NCBI RefSeq assembly: GCF_009914755.1
Contig: NC_060928.1
Reading direction: 5' to 3' (one strand)
DNA length: 64,000 nt
From: the human T2T-CHM13v2.0 reference genome, Homo sapiens
Shown here piece after piece: positions 27,900-40,440 of this stretch. Every line of letters begins with the position of its first letter. The first letter of the stretch is position 1. Both the position numbers and the translations under genes were made by a program. The notes under the pieces are model-generated. The model was not told the origin of the DNA. It did not search any database and saw only the letters and a program-made list of their open reading frames with translations.

Positions 27900-28090
27900 C
27901 TAGTTACCATTAACTAAGGGTTGGAGGAGGCAGGGAATAGGGAGTGACCTCAAATGGATAAGAAATGTTCTGAAATTCAGTAACAGAATTACACAACCTT
28001 GTGGAAACACTAAAAACTACTGAACTGTACACTTTAAAGGGGTGAATTTTATGGTATGTGAATTATCTCAATTGAGAAAAAAGTTAGGAA
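27900..28090 (+). mobile_element. Old L1M 3' end
   Basis: aaatgttctgaaatt...actgaactgtacactttaaaggggtgaattttatggtatgtgaattatctcaat. Confidence 0.75.
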
Positions 28091-28352
28091 AAAAAGATTG
28101 GTATAATTCTGCCCATTAAGAGTCAACAAACTATTATACAAATAAAATTTAAATGATGTTATAGAAATGTACCTATTGACATAGAATAAGATTGAATATA
28201 TTAAGGGGGGGAACATGTACCAAGTGAGCAAGTAAGACTCATTTTGATGAAAAAGTAATATCTGTGTCCAGATGGATGTAGAATATAAACAAAAGTGTTA
28301 ACTGGTTATTTCTGAAATTATAGGTGGTTTTTGTTTCTTTTTTTCATCTCTA

Positions 28353-28446
28353 GGGATATATATATAGGATATATATATAGAGAGATATATATAGGATATA
28401 TATATAGAGAGAGAGAGAGATAGGATATATATATAGATATATATAT
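28353..28446. repeat. (TA)n/(GA)n compound simple repeat
   Basis: ggatatatatata units interspersed with gaga. Confidence 0.9.
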
Positions 28447-28789
28447 TCATAGTTGGATATATAAGTTGCTTACAGCTATTTATTATATATATATTTTATT
28501 AAGGGAGGGGGAAAAAGGAGAAAACAATTCTAGGAAGAGGAGAGGATAGATGAGAGGATAAGTTTAGACCTTCAACAAAACAGAAGTGGACAAGCTTCAA
28601 CAATGTGTACAGTGTGCTCCACAATGCATGTTCTGTTCCAGGAAAACCATCATCTGTGGCCACAGGACAAATACACAAGGCTTCAATGTTTACTCGTAGA
28701 CTGCCCTATCTCTTTCACTTGGATTTAGAAAATGAAGGGACAGTTCTCCTGATAAAAGTTACAAACAAAGCCAACTTCATCTGTCAACA

Positions 28790-29097
28790 TTTTTTTTTTT
28801 TTTTTTTTGAGACTTTGAGACAGAGTCTTGCTTTGTTGCCCAGGCTGGAGTGCAGTGGTGAGATCTCAGCTCACGGCAACCTCCGTCCCCGGGTTCAAGC
28901 AATTCTCTTGCCTCAGCCTCCAGAGTTGCTGGGACTACAGGCACGTGCCACCATGCCCAGCTAATTTTTGTATTTTTAGTAGAGGTGGGGTTTCATCATG
29001 TCGGTCAGGCTGGTCTTGAACTGCTGACCTCAAGCAATCCACCTGCCTCGGCTTCCCAAAGTGCTGGGATAGCAGGTGTGAGCCAGTGCACCCAGCC
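28790..29097 (-). mobile_element. Alu (AluS-like)
   Basis: Poly-T then gagactttgagacagagtc...gagccagtgcacccagcc. Confidence 0.93.
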
Positions 29098-30409
29098 ACC
29101 TGCCAACCTCTTTTTGATAAACATAACCGAGCTTCACCTGTTATCAAAGACACCCTCTAAGATCTGTGAACAGCAATTTTTTGGTTGGTTATTTCCATAT
29201 CATTGACATCATATTACAAAATCATTCCTATCAAGAAAGAAAGGAGAAATAAAATGATATTTTCAGAGCATCTGCTATAGATTAGGCATGTTTCAGGCAG
29301 TGTTGATGGCCATGTTTACTTGGCACTGACAACATGCCCAGAAGTTGAGCATTGGGACCTATTATTGTCAGAGACACAGAGAGGCTGCTACGCCAGCCTG
29401 AGCTCACCTGGCTGCTGATGGCAGAGCCAGGATCTGAATGCCAGTGTGTCTGACTCCCCAGAATCAAGTTCTAAACCTCTACAGCACACCACCCCCACCC
29501 CGATCCTTGCTCCCACAAGGTCCTTGTAGCCAACTAATTACCAAAGCACCATAGATTTCTGGAACACCTTCTGTGAAATAAAATTGATCAGGGCTGCGAG
29601 ACAACTCACTTACTGAATTGCCAGTGCTCAACCCTGACCTTCCCCATTGAGGATGAAGCCCCCAGCACACACATACTCCATGTGCTAGAAAACATAATAC
29701 TAGAGGGAGAAGGTGGAAGGGGAAAGGAGAAATAAGGAGGGAAGGCAGCAAGCCTCCCTCCTACTGTGCTCCCTCCCATCCATCCAGGGCTTCCCCTGGC
29801 CCCCGCCCCCTCCCCACAGCCCTGCAGTTGGTCCCATTATCCCTTCACCCCAGCTAATTATAGTCACTGATTACCTAACGGCAAGCCCTACTATCACCTG
29901 CTTTGGCCTGACAGATTATGCCATCTGGGCCACGTGGCTAGGGTCTGAGAGCCATGAGAGGTCACAGAGAGGGGCAAACGGCTCTGAATGGGAAGAAATG
30001 TGTTTACAGCCCTGACAGCTGACTGGGCAATTAAAGGGGCTTTAGCTGTGTGTTCCCAGCTGAAACCCCTCTCCAGGGGCCTCGCCACCTAGTGCTATTA
30101 GCTGATGGGATGTGGCTGCATCTCATACCGGTCGGTTCCAAATGTGGACATGCTATGGGACTGCACCCTCTCCTAAAAAGGACAAGAAAAAGGACTCAGA
30201 GAAAGCTGTGGGCTCACAGTTGTTTGAGGTCCTTGTTGAGCCGACACCAGAATATACCCTCAGAAGAAATGGCCAGCATTTTGAGAAAGCAGTGTCCAAA
30301 TACCTTTCTCACTTCCTGTGTTTATTGTACATTACCTTAAATACATGTATGAAACACACTTTATGAAATTGAACTCTATGTGACTTCTATATTAACAACT
30401 TTTGTTTCC

Positions 30410-30600
30410 TTATCAGCAGTGTGTCTGTCTCTAACTTTACTATGCCTGTAAATGACTGTCAATCTTATTAAGATGCAGGTTCTAAATCTGTCTATGTGGG
30501 GAAAGACAGGTGAGGTAGAACACAGTTTCAGTATTTCTAAGGAGCTCCTAGAGGAAGCAAACACCACTGGTCCACAGACCATACTTTGAGTAGCCAGGAC
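30410..30600. mobile_element. MER5A-like hAT element
   Basis: aatcttattaagatgcaggttct..atttctaaggagctcc..ctggtccacagaccatactttgagtagc. Confidence 0.65.
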
Positions 30601-33600
30601 CTAATTCACTACTGAATAAAATTAAATTAGTGAATTAATATTATATAGAAAACCTATAGATTAGTATTTCTCAAACTGTGTACTTCGGAACGCTAGTTAT
30701 CCAAGAAAGCTGCCTGCGCTCCAGTAGGTTCTTAGTCAAGTAAGTTTGGGAAGCACTAGGTACTCTGGGTCCCCCTGGGAATTCACAATACACATGATTA
30801 GCATATCAGAGCTGAGAAAACCCACAGTGATCTCTTCCACTTTTTTGTGAACAGTTTGCAGTCTACTAAAAGTTTTGTGCTCTATGCCCTTAATGTTTGT
30901 TGCAATCCTTGCTGAGTATTTTATACTATCCTGATTGCTTAACCTGTCTATTAATTTCTCCATTTTGAAAATGCCTTCTCAGCCAGCCAAAGTTATTCAC
31001 ATGAAACACACACACGCACATGCACACACACTGGAAAGAAAGGCTTTGAGACTTCAGAGCAATGCCCATATGAGGTACTGCCATCAAATGCAGGCATTTT
31101 GGCAGTTAGTTTCCTGACAGCTTCTGAGTGCAAATGAGTAAAGCTTGCCCAGCTTTTCCTACTCCCAGTTTGAGGAGGAAGCAGGAATAGAGTAAAAAGC
31201 CAGGAGGACTGGATATGTAGCATGTCTGGAGGCCTGATGGCAAAGGCCAGCAGTCAATGGAAAACTGAGTCAAGACTGATTTGCTTAGAATGCAACTTTT
31301 AAAAATTGCCAAACATTTCTAAAAGTATTTTTACATGACCTCATAAGATGCACACCATGTAATACCAAAAAAAAAAAAAATGACTAAGTGGAAGGCACAA
31401 TGTGACCATAGCTTGTGTGTGTCTGTGTGTACAGCAAGTGTGTGTGTGCACATGTGCAAGTAACCACACACACAACTATGAAGGAGTAAAGTGGAATCAT
31501 TAAGAATATTAGCTTGAGAGTCAGACAACATTAGGTTCACATCACAGCTGATCCAAGTTTCTTAACGTTTAGTTTGTATCTTCTTTGAGGTGGGGCTGAG
31601 AATTTCCACCTCACAGGCTTATGTGGGAATTAAATGAGAGGTCTGGCAAGCACTTAGCACATTGCCTGGCTCAAATTAAACACTCCCCAAATGGGAGCTA
31701 TGATTGTAACTAATATGGAAAAAGCCTGCAAGAAAATGCACAAAGTGTTAACAGTGGGTCATCTGCGAGTGATGAAATGAATTTTTTTATTTGTATATTT
31801 CTGTATTATCCAAAACTACTCAAAGAAAAAATATTTTAAGTCAAAAAATTAAACAAACTTTATTAAGTAAAATGTTAATTGTAGATTTAGGGGCTGGTAA
31901 AATGTGGGTCATTTTTATTTTCTCCTTTACGCTTTTTAATATTTCTCAAATTGTCCACTATTTACTAACTTTAACAGTTTTTTAATATAAAAGCCAGGCC
32001 TATACATATTTGGATATTTTGGAGAAATACAGAAAAACCCTGAAAAGAAAGTGAAAAATAACTGACAGTCTCATGACTTTTTCCTTTATGCTTATTTTTT
32101 GTTGTTTAAATTTATAAAGTACAGACTCACTCCTAAATGAATGGCCTTCTTGAATTGTAGGGTGCACATTGTAAACAGTCACATCCAGTGGTCCTAAAAC
32201 AGTCCCCCACTGCCCACCTCCCACCACTCTCCCCAGAAAAAGTCACTGATAAATTGGATATAAATTCTTCCAGCATATATCTAAGACACACATGTGCATG
32301 TATGTATATGTTTCTATGATTAGGTAGAAATATCTACATTAAAAAATCCAAGAAAGATTTTGGAGGCCCCCTAAATGTAATGAATATAGAGAAAATCTGT
32401 CCCTCACCTCGACTCTGGGAGGGAGAACACCTTCTTCATATTCTCCATATATGAATTTATTTCAGCAAATGTGCAGTAAGCACCTACTCTGTTCTAGGGA
32501 GTGTGCAATTTACTAAACAAAGATGAAAAAGACACTAGCCCTCTGATCTCAACAAGCTCCCAGTCTATCAGGGAAATGCACGTATTATAAATGTTTGCAG
32601 TGCTATGTGGCATATACAATAATAGAAGCTGATAATAGGTCCAGAGGCAGTAATAAAAGACAATAAATCCCTCCTTCTCTAGGGATTCAGGAAGACTTCC
32701 TGGAGAAGGACTTATCTGACTTGAGTCTAAAAAATTATACATTCTGGTTCCTATCAGACCTATGAAACTTGCAGTTTGCCCACATTCATTATGTCTACTC
32801 ACATCTCCGTTCTTGGGCTGCAACACATCCCCACGCTTCTCCTCCTGGCTAAACCCTACTCAGTCTTCCAAACCTAACCAGAAGTCACTTTTTGGAAGTT
32901 TTCCATCACTACCTGGACTATAGGAAGTACCCATACTTTCTGTGCATGCGTATTTGTCATAACTTACCTTAAACTGCTTAGTTATATGCCTGTCTCCCTA
33001 CAGGACTGAAAGTCAGTATTTTACCTTATTCATATTTGTGTGATGGGGCAGGACTGAACACCTGAGGACAACTGAACATCATGCCTGGTACACAGTTAGT
33101 GCCAAATAAATGTTGCCTGAAAAAAGTACGGCACTAGAGTAGCAAAACATTAGGCCCATAATACCTATGGCCACTTCTGGCATAAAGAACATGTTTGTGC
33201 TAATCAGAAAACTCCTTTTCAGAGCCAACCAATTTGAAAAAACTGCTCCTTCTAGGACCACATAGTTCTTAAGGTGTGCAGATGAGCAAACAGACAGTAC
33301 CTTGTGTTTATGGGAAGAAGTCGTCATTTATTCTGGCTCTTCCTCCAGGTTAAAGCAGCCCTAGTAAGCAAGAGCAGAGGCTGGGGTCCAGCCCCGGGAC
33401 ATTCATGTGAGCGTCCACCACTGTCAACCGTAGCCCTGATGACAGGGTGATGAACAAGATGGGTTTCTTCTCCATGTGGAGCCTAAAATCTGTTCAATTC
33501 AACAGTCAAGTAAACCCACATAATAAGTGGGTGCTTATAAAATGCAAAGTGAATGAATAAACGTTAAAAAAAGAATCAATTTTCTCAGACTGATTTTGAC

Positions 33601-33870
33601 TGGATATAGTTAAGTCCTACTCTGTGTCTGCTTTGTGCTCTTACTAAGGTCCCCTTTGACTGAATCCTAATTCCCTTTCTTCCTGGCTGAAGGTTCTGGA
33701 GGCCTCTGGCTTGTTTTTGACAGGTTGAGTTTGCACAGGACTCAGATCAGCACTGAGGGGGCCCTATCAGGGCTTTTATGTAACTGACTCACCTCCGCTT
33801 TGGCTACGATGCCAGGATGCTCGTCAGAATGCCCTTGTCTCTCCTCCATGCTTTTAAGCGAGGTCTTTAA

Positions 33871-33897
33871 TACACACACACACACACACACACACAC
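33871..33897. repeat. (CA)n microsatellite
   Basis: Read directly from the sequence. Confidence 0.95.
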
Positions 33898-34218
33898 TGT
33901 TTTACACTGCAGAAGCATTGATTAGTGACAGTCTCACTGGGTGTGTCATCCTGAGGGAGAGGAGGAGCGAGATCTGACCCCACTGTTACTCACAGCTCTT
34001 GATGCATGGTGAGCATTCCCAAGTCCTGAAAGAGTATTTCTAAGCCAAAACTCCAATTTGATTGGTGGATACAATGAGCAGATCACCTGGCATGACAGAC
34101 GTGGCAATCACCCACGATGCTTCAATGAGTTGCCTAAGGCTATTCCACCAGGAGTCAAGCCTACCTGGGGCTCCTGAACCCTCACTGAGGGCTCTTTACG
34201 TGCCACACACAGGGCAAA

Positions 34219-34237
34219 TGGCCACCAGGGGGTGTCT
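34219..34237 (+). promoter_or_regulatory. Candidate CTCF binding site
   Basis: TGGCCACCAGGGGGTGTCT versus consensus TGGCCACCAGGGGGCGCTA; first 14 nt identical. Confidence 0.7.
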
Positions 34238-35687
34238 CTGAAATGCCCCTGAGGTCCTCAGACATGAATAACAGCAGGATCAGCAGTTTCATTAAAGAGC
34301 AAATTATAGCCCAAGGTGGTTTTAAATGCCTGTGGGACCAGTCCTTTGCTTTGCAATTGCACAGCCTCCACTTTTTTCTCATGTCAGAACTCTTGCAAAA
34401 GTATCCTTATTGGGCGGTGCAGACTTGCCCCTTCTCCCTGCTTACTTTCAACTCACTTTTATTTTTCCCATCCAGCCAACACCGGAATTAGACCACCTCT
34501 GTGCTAGAAGATCATCATCATCTCTCAGACTGTCCCCCAGAAATAGCTCCCACTTCTCAGCATGACATTGGGGTTACTCTTATACAGTGACTTCCCTCTA
34601 TTTGGGTAGAGTCACATCTTCTCAGCTAGATGAAATTTCCTTAAGCAAGAAAATCATGTCTTCCTCAGTGAAAAGTGGTAGACAAAATCACAGACTCTGG
34701 AGTCAGTCACAGACCTGTTTATAACTTTTAGCTGCCTTTAACTTTCTGGCCTGAAGCAGTTTCCTTTCTTTACCAAATCTCAGTTTTCTCAGCTGTAAAA
34801 GGGGTATCATAATAATAATGACGATGATATAGGGCTGTGTGAGGTTTACTAATGATGCAGACAGAGCTATTATAAAGTATACAGCATAGCAAGTGCTCTA
34901 TAATATCAGTTACTATTATTATGTGAGAAGGTAGGATGTATTTAGGGAAATATGGTAGTTTGCTGGTGGCTGGAACTTCAGCTGAGGGGAGAATAGACAG
35001 AGATGAGGCTGGAGAGCTAAGCCAGGTCAAGATGACAAAAGGCCCCCTGAGCCAATGCTAAGAAGTTGGGACTGATCGTGAGGACAAGAGTGGGCATCAG
35101 AAGATATTAAGCAACGGAAAGACTAATCTGATTTTTACCTTAAAGCCTTCCTTGGCTGTTAGGGGAGCATGGTTCCAGAGATAGGACAAACGAACGTCAG
35201 AAAAACCAGTTAGGAGGCTGTTGCAGTCATACTGGTGAGGGCTGATGAGGGTTTGAGATGATGACCCTGGATGATTTATTTCATGCCTTCTACCTACAAA
35301 TAGTCATTAGATGCGCCAAAGTGAGTAAGACCTAGTCCCTGTCCTTGGGGAACTCATGGTCCATTGACACAGATGAAAAAACTAAGTACTGTATAAATGA
35401 GTGAAGAATAATGGAAAAGAAATGGGCACTACTTGGAAGCAAAGAGAAAATAGTACTGTCTGCCTCTCATGGGGAGGAGGCTCCAAGAAGGCTTCAGGGA
35501 GGATGCAGCCAGTGAAGGCTTCCTCTTTCCTGAAGGATCCTCTCTGCTATCTTAAAGATAACCCAGAAAGAAATGGCCGGATATTCTAATATAGCCCATT
35601 GTCCCCAAGACGGGAATTCTCAGCATGTATAATGCACCCAAAGATGAAATACGGAGAATGCTTCTCAGAGATGAAATACTATGAGTT

Positions 35688-36004
<317 letters not shown>

Positions 36005-36077
36005 CTAAATTCCATTTTTGTGACTATGCTTTAAAACTTTAATCTCCCCCTTTGTGCTATAATGTCTGTGTTTTGTA

Positions 36078-36390
36078 TTTTTTTCCTTCTTTCTTTTTTA
36101 TACATCATCTTGCTTCTTGCTTTGTTGCCCTGGCTAGAGTGCAGTGGCACAATCATGGCTCACTGCAAGCCTCAACCTCCCCAAGGCTCAGGTGATCCTC
36201 CCACCTCAGCCTCCCAAGTAACTGGTACTACAGGCATGCACCACCATGCCTGCCTAATTTTTGTATTTTTTGTAGAGACAGGGTTTCGCCAACTTGCCCA
36301 GCTTGTTCTGGAACTCCTGGGCTCAAGTAATCTGCCTGCCTTGGCCTCCTAAAGTGCTGGGATAAGAGACATGAGCCACCATGCCTGTCT
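36078..36390 (-). mobile_element. Alu (AluJ-like)
   Basis: T-rich tail, cttgctttgttgccctggctagagtgcagtggcacaatcatggctcactgc...gagccaccatgcctgtc. Confidence 0.92.
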
Positions 36391-37506
36391 GTTTTCTGTA
36401 TTTTAGAAGGGAATTACTTGGATAAAGATAATAGCTTGCTCTTGTGTTTTATTTATCTGTCTAGCTGTCATTTTAAAAATTTCCCTGAGAAACTTTTTTA
36501 GCAGAAACAGGGGTTCTGAAATAAACTGGAATTTAATGTTCCATTAACATTTCAAAAAATGCCAGCAAGCAGTTTGAATAGATAATTACTTACGAGGGAA
36601 GCATGCTGGGTGTGTTTGCTCTCCATAGGTCCACCAGAAAGAAAATGTTTCAAAGTGGATTGTGTCACCAAAAATTATTTGGACTATTTTGGTCTCCACA
36701 ATTATAGACTAACATTTACATTTGGACAAATGGTCTCCAATTGGGTTGCCCATTAAGTGATTGAGTGCAGGAGCAGTGGTAAATGAAACCTAGCATGCAA
36801 GCCTCAGACAGGAAGGTGGTGATGAGTTGCAAAAGGTGAGAAATGCTATAACTCCTGGTTCCTACCTTCAGCTGTGCCAGAAGAAGATGGGCAGCCAAGA
36901 ACTGAACCCGGGATGTCCACAGTGCTAATAAAAGCCCAATCCTTTATAGAATTTTTCAAAGTACTTTCCCATGCACCATCTTGTTTGATCTCACCACCAC
37001 CCTGAGAAAGACAAGACAGGAGCTCTTGTCCTCATTTTACAGCTGTGGAAACTGAAACTGTGATTCTGATGACTTAAGAAGGGCACACAATGAGGGTAGA
37101 AAGGGGCCACAGTTCAGACCAGCTCTTCTGATCCTCAGTCCTGTGATCTGACCACTATACCACATGGCCTCTCAAAAATCTTTGAACAGTCACAGCTCAA
37201 AGTAAGGGCTCTGGTAATGAAAGCATATATGAATGTAGCTGGTACATTAATGGGTATAAAATGATTACTCAGAAATGGCCTGACCTCCTGCTGCCAGGGA
37301 GTGGCCATGGGGATGCTGCTGGTGAGATCCCATAGGGCAGTGGTTTTCATTGAGGCCTCCAAGCAGCAGAATCCCACTTGCCATGCAAAGCCTGGGGGAC
37401 CCAGGGAAAGAAGCCACACAGAGGAAGCCCTCACAACAGAGAGACTGGAAGCAAAGCCACCAGGAGAGGTAAATTGCTGACATATTGGTGGAGAAACACT
37501 GTTCTT

Positions 37507-38858
37507 CAAAGCTGAAGACATCACACTACCCAACTTCAAACTATCCTACAGGGCTACAGTAACCATAACAGCATGGTACTGTTACAAGAACAGACACATA
37601 GACCAGTAAAACTGAATAGAGAAAACAGAAATAAAACCACACATCTACAACTATCTGATCTTCAACCAACCTGACAAAAACAAGCAATGAGGAAAGGATT
37701 CCCTATTTAATAAATGGTGCAGGGATAACTGAACCCCTTCCTTATGCCATATACAAAAGTCAGCTCAAGATGAATTAAAGACCTAAATGCAAAACCCAAA
37801 GCCTAGGCAATACCCTAGAAGAAAACCTAGACAATACCATTCAGCACATTGGCATGGGCAGAGATTTCATGATGAAGATGCCAAAAGCTATTGCAATAAA
37901 AGCAAACATTGACAAATGGGATTTAATTAAACTAAAGAGCTTCTGCACAACAAAAGAAACTATCAACAGAGTAAACAGACAACCTACAGAGAAACATTTT
38001 TCCCTCATTCAAAAGAGGGCAAAAGACATGAAAAGACACTTCTCAAAAGAAGATATACATTCGACCAACAATCATATGAAAAAAAGTTCAACGTCACTGA
38101 TCATTAGAGCAACTCAAATCAAAACCACAAAGAGATACCATCACATATAAGTCAGAATGGCTATTATTAAAAAGTCAACAAATAACAGGCTGGCAAGGTT
38201 GCGGAAAAATAGGAATGCTTTTACACAGTTTGTCGGAGTGTAAATTAGTTCAACCATAGTGGAAGACACTGTGGCAATTCCTCAAGGACCTAAAAAAAGA
38301 ACTACCATTTGACCCAGCAATCCCATTACTGGGTATATACCCAAATGAATATAAATTGCTCCATTATAAAGACATATGCACTTGTATGTTCATTGCAGCA
38401 CTATTCACAATAACAAAGACATGAAATCAACCTAAATGCCCATCAATGATAGATTGGATAAAGAAAATGTGATACATATATAGCATGGAGTACTATGCAG
38501 TCATAAAAAAGGAATGAGATCATGTACTTTGCAGGAACATGGATGGAGCTGGAGGCCATTATCCTTAACAAAGCAATGCAGGAGCAGAAAACTAAATACT
38601 GCATGTTCTCACTTACAAGTGGGAGCTAAATGATGAGAACACATAGAAACATAGAGAGGAACAATGCACACTGGGGCCTACTGGAGGGCAGAGGGTAGGA
38701 GGAGAGAGAGGATCAGGAAAAATAATGAGTGGATACTAGGCTTAATACCTGGGTGATGAAATAACCTGTACAACAAACCCCCATGACACACATTTACCTG
38801 TGTTACAAACCTGCACATCCTGCACATGTACCCCTTAAATTAAAATAAAAGTTAAAAA
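37507..38858 (+). mobile_element. 5'-truncated older L1PA (L1PA13-16-like) with internal deletions
   Basis: Decayed ORF2 3' end (ORF 37854-38150 [31 protein letters not shown]); 3' UTR ggcttaatacctgggtgatgaaataa; A-rich end. Confidence 0.92.
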
Positions 38859-40259
38859 AGAGAACAGTATTTCCCTGTTCTTTGAAGAAGTGTACAAGGC
38901 CAAATTAGGACTCTTCTATTGTTAGCATTATAGGATGCAAAGCAAGAAGCTTAGACCAGAGGCAAGAGGGCAGTGTGAGACACACAGACCAAAACCGAAT
39001 CTTTTCCTATCATCATATTTCACCAGATTAATGAAGGGTCCCCCTGGTCCATGAGGGAGGCAAACTGGAAACTATCAGACCCTACGAACTCCTGACTTTT
39101 CGAAGACTTCCTCAATTGGCCTTAGGATAACATGCAAATTTCACAAGAGGATCCACCTGCTTACCTTCTCAGCTTTGTCTCTCATCACGCTCCACACCCC
39201 GCATGTGTATTCACAAACACCCCACACAGGACCTAAAACATGCATTACCCCACTTCCTTTGCTATAGCTTACAGTCTCTTGTTTCTAGGTTTTGGCCCTT
39301 GCTATTCTTTGTCTCAGCTTCATTTCCTCCCTCCCACCCCAATTGCCTAACTCCTAACCATTCTTCAAGTATCAGCCTACAGGCCACTTCCTGCAGGAAG
39401 TGTCTCTCCAGCACCTCCACCCTTACAGGCTAAGTTTGCCTGCCATGCTCTCCCATGTCAGTCTGCACTTCCTCAAACTTCACTGTAATTGCTTGATTCT
39501 TATTCTGTCCTCACCACCTGGCAATTACTTGGTAGAAGCAGGGACTGCTGACGTACTCACTATGGTAACCTCAAACCGGGCACTGTAGTATTTGTTGAGT
39601 GATGGAATAGATTAATTCTTTAATTAATTTAGCTCATGGTAAAATATAGTAAACAAAAAGCATTTCTCCTCTATAGGTGGTTAGTTCAGTTGGGCTTAGC
39701 TCCACAAAGATCCGGCTGGGCAGGCCTCCATGCCATGTTACATAAAAACCTAAGCAGACTATTAGAGTCAAGATTCTGCTGCAAAAGTGAGCAAGAGTCC
39801 TATTTACAGAATTCTGTCTTAAGAAGGCTTATTTCTGTCTGGGTGTGATCCAAGTTACTGAGGGCTTTAAACAATTGGGAAAAACATTATCTTTGGAAAG
39901 TAAAATCCAACCCCTGTCCCTTGGTTCTTGCCAAATATCTCCCACAACCCACATTAAGTAGATTACTCTGTCCTTAATCACATGCTAAATGCCTGCATCT
40001 GTGGCTGGCATCAGCTGAGTGTGAGGCAGCTGCAATCCCCGTGTATATCTCCTGCTATTACAGCAGGAAATCAACTGGGTAAAGAACCCCCAGTAGTGGG
40101 TGAGAAACAAGACAATACAGGTTAAGATCTTCATTCATTCATTCGACATTAGTTAATAGTCAATTATATTCCAGGTATTGAAAAGAGAAAAATAAGACAT
40201 TCCCTTTCTTCGAAGCGCTCACTAGGAAAAAAAAAAGTGCTTAGAGAATGAAAAATTCC

Positions 40260-40440
40260 TTGTAATTGTTTAGCCTTCACTTCTGAAACTTTAATGTGAA
40301 TTTTAAGTCACTTGGGTGTCATGTAAAAATGAGGTTCTGATTCAGTAGGTCTGGGGTAGGGCCTGAGAGTCTGCATTTCTAACAGACTCCCAGGTGACAC
40401 TGATGCTGCTGGTCTGGGACCACACTTTGAGCAGAAAGCA
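40260..40440. mobile_element. MER5A-like hAT element
   Basis: ttctgattcagtaggtctggggtagggcctgagagtctgcatttctaacagactcccaggtgacactgatgctgctggtc. Confidence 0.8.

Noticed and set aside
28605-29206. ORFs such as ...[12 protein letters not shown]... (also at 8.6-9.2, 13.2, 35.6-36.4, 44.4 and 47.2-47.9 kb)
   Set aside because: These are standard Alu translation products.
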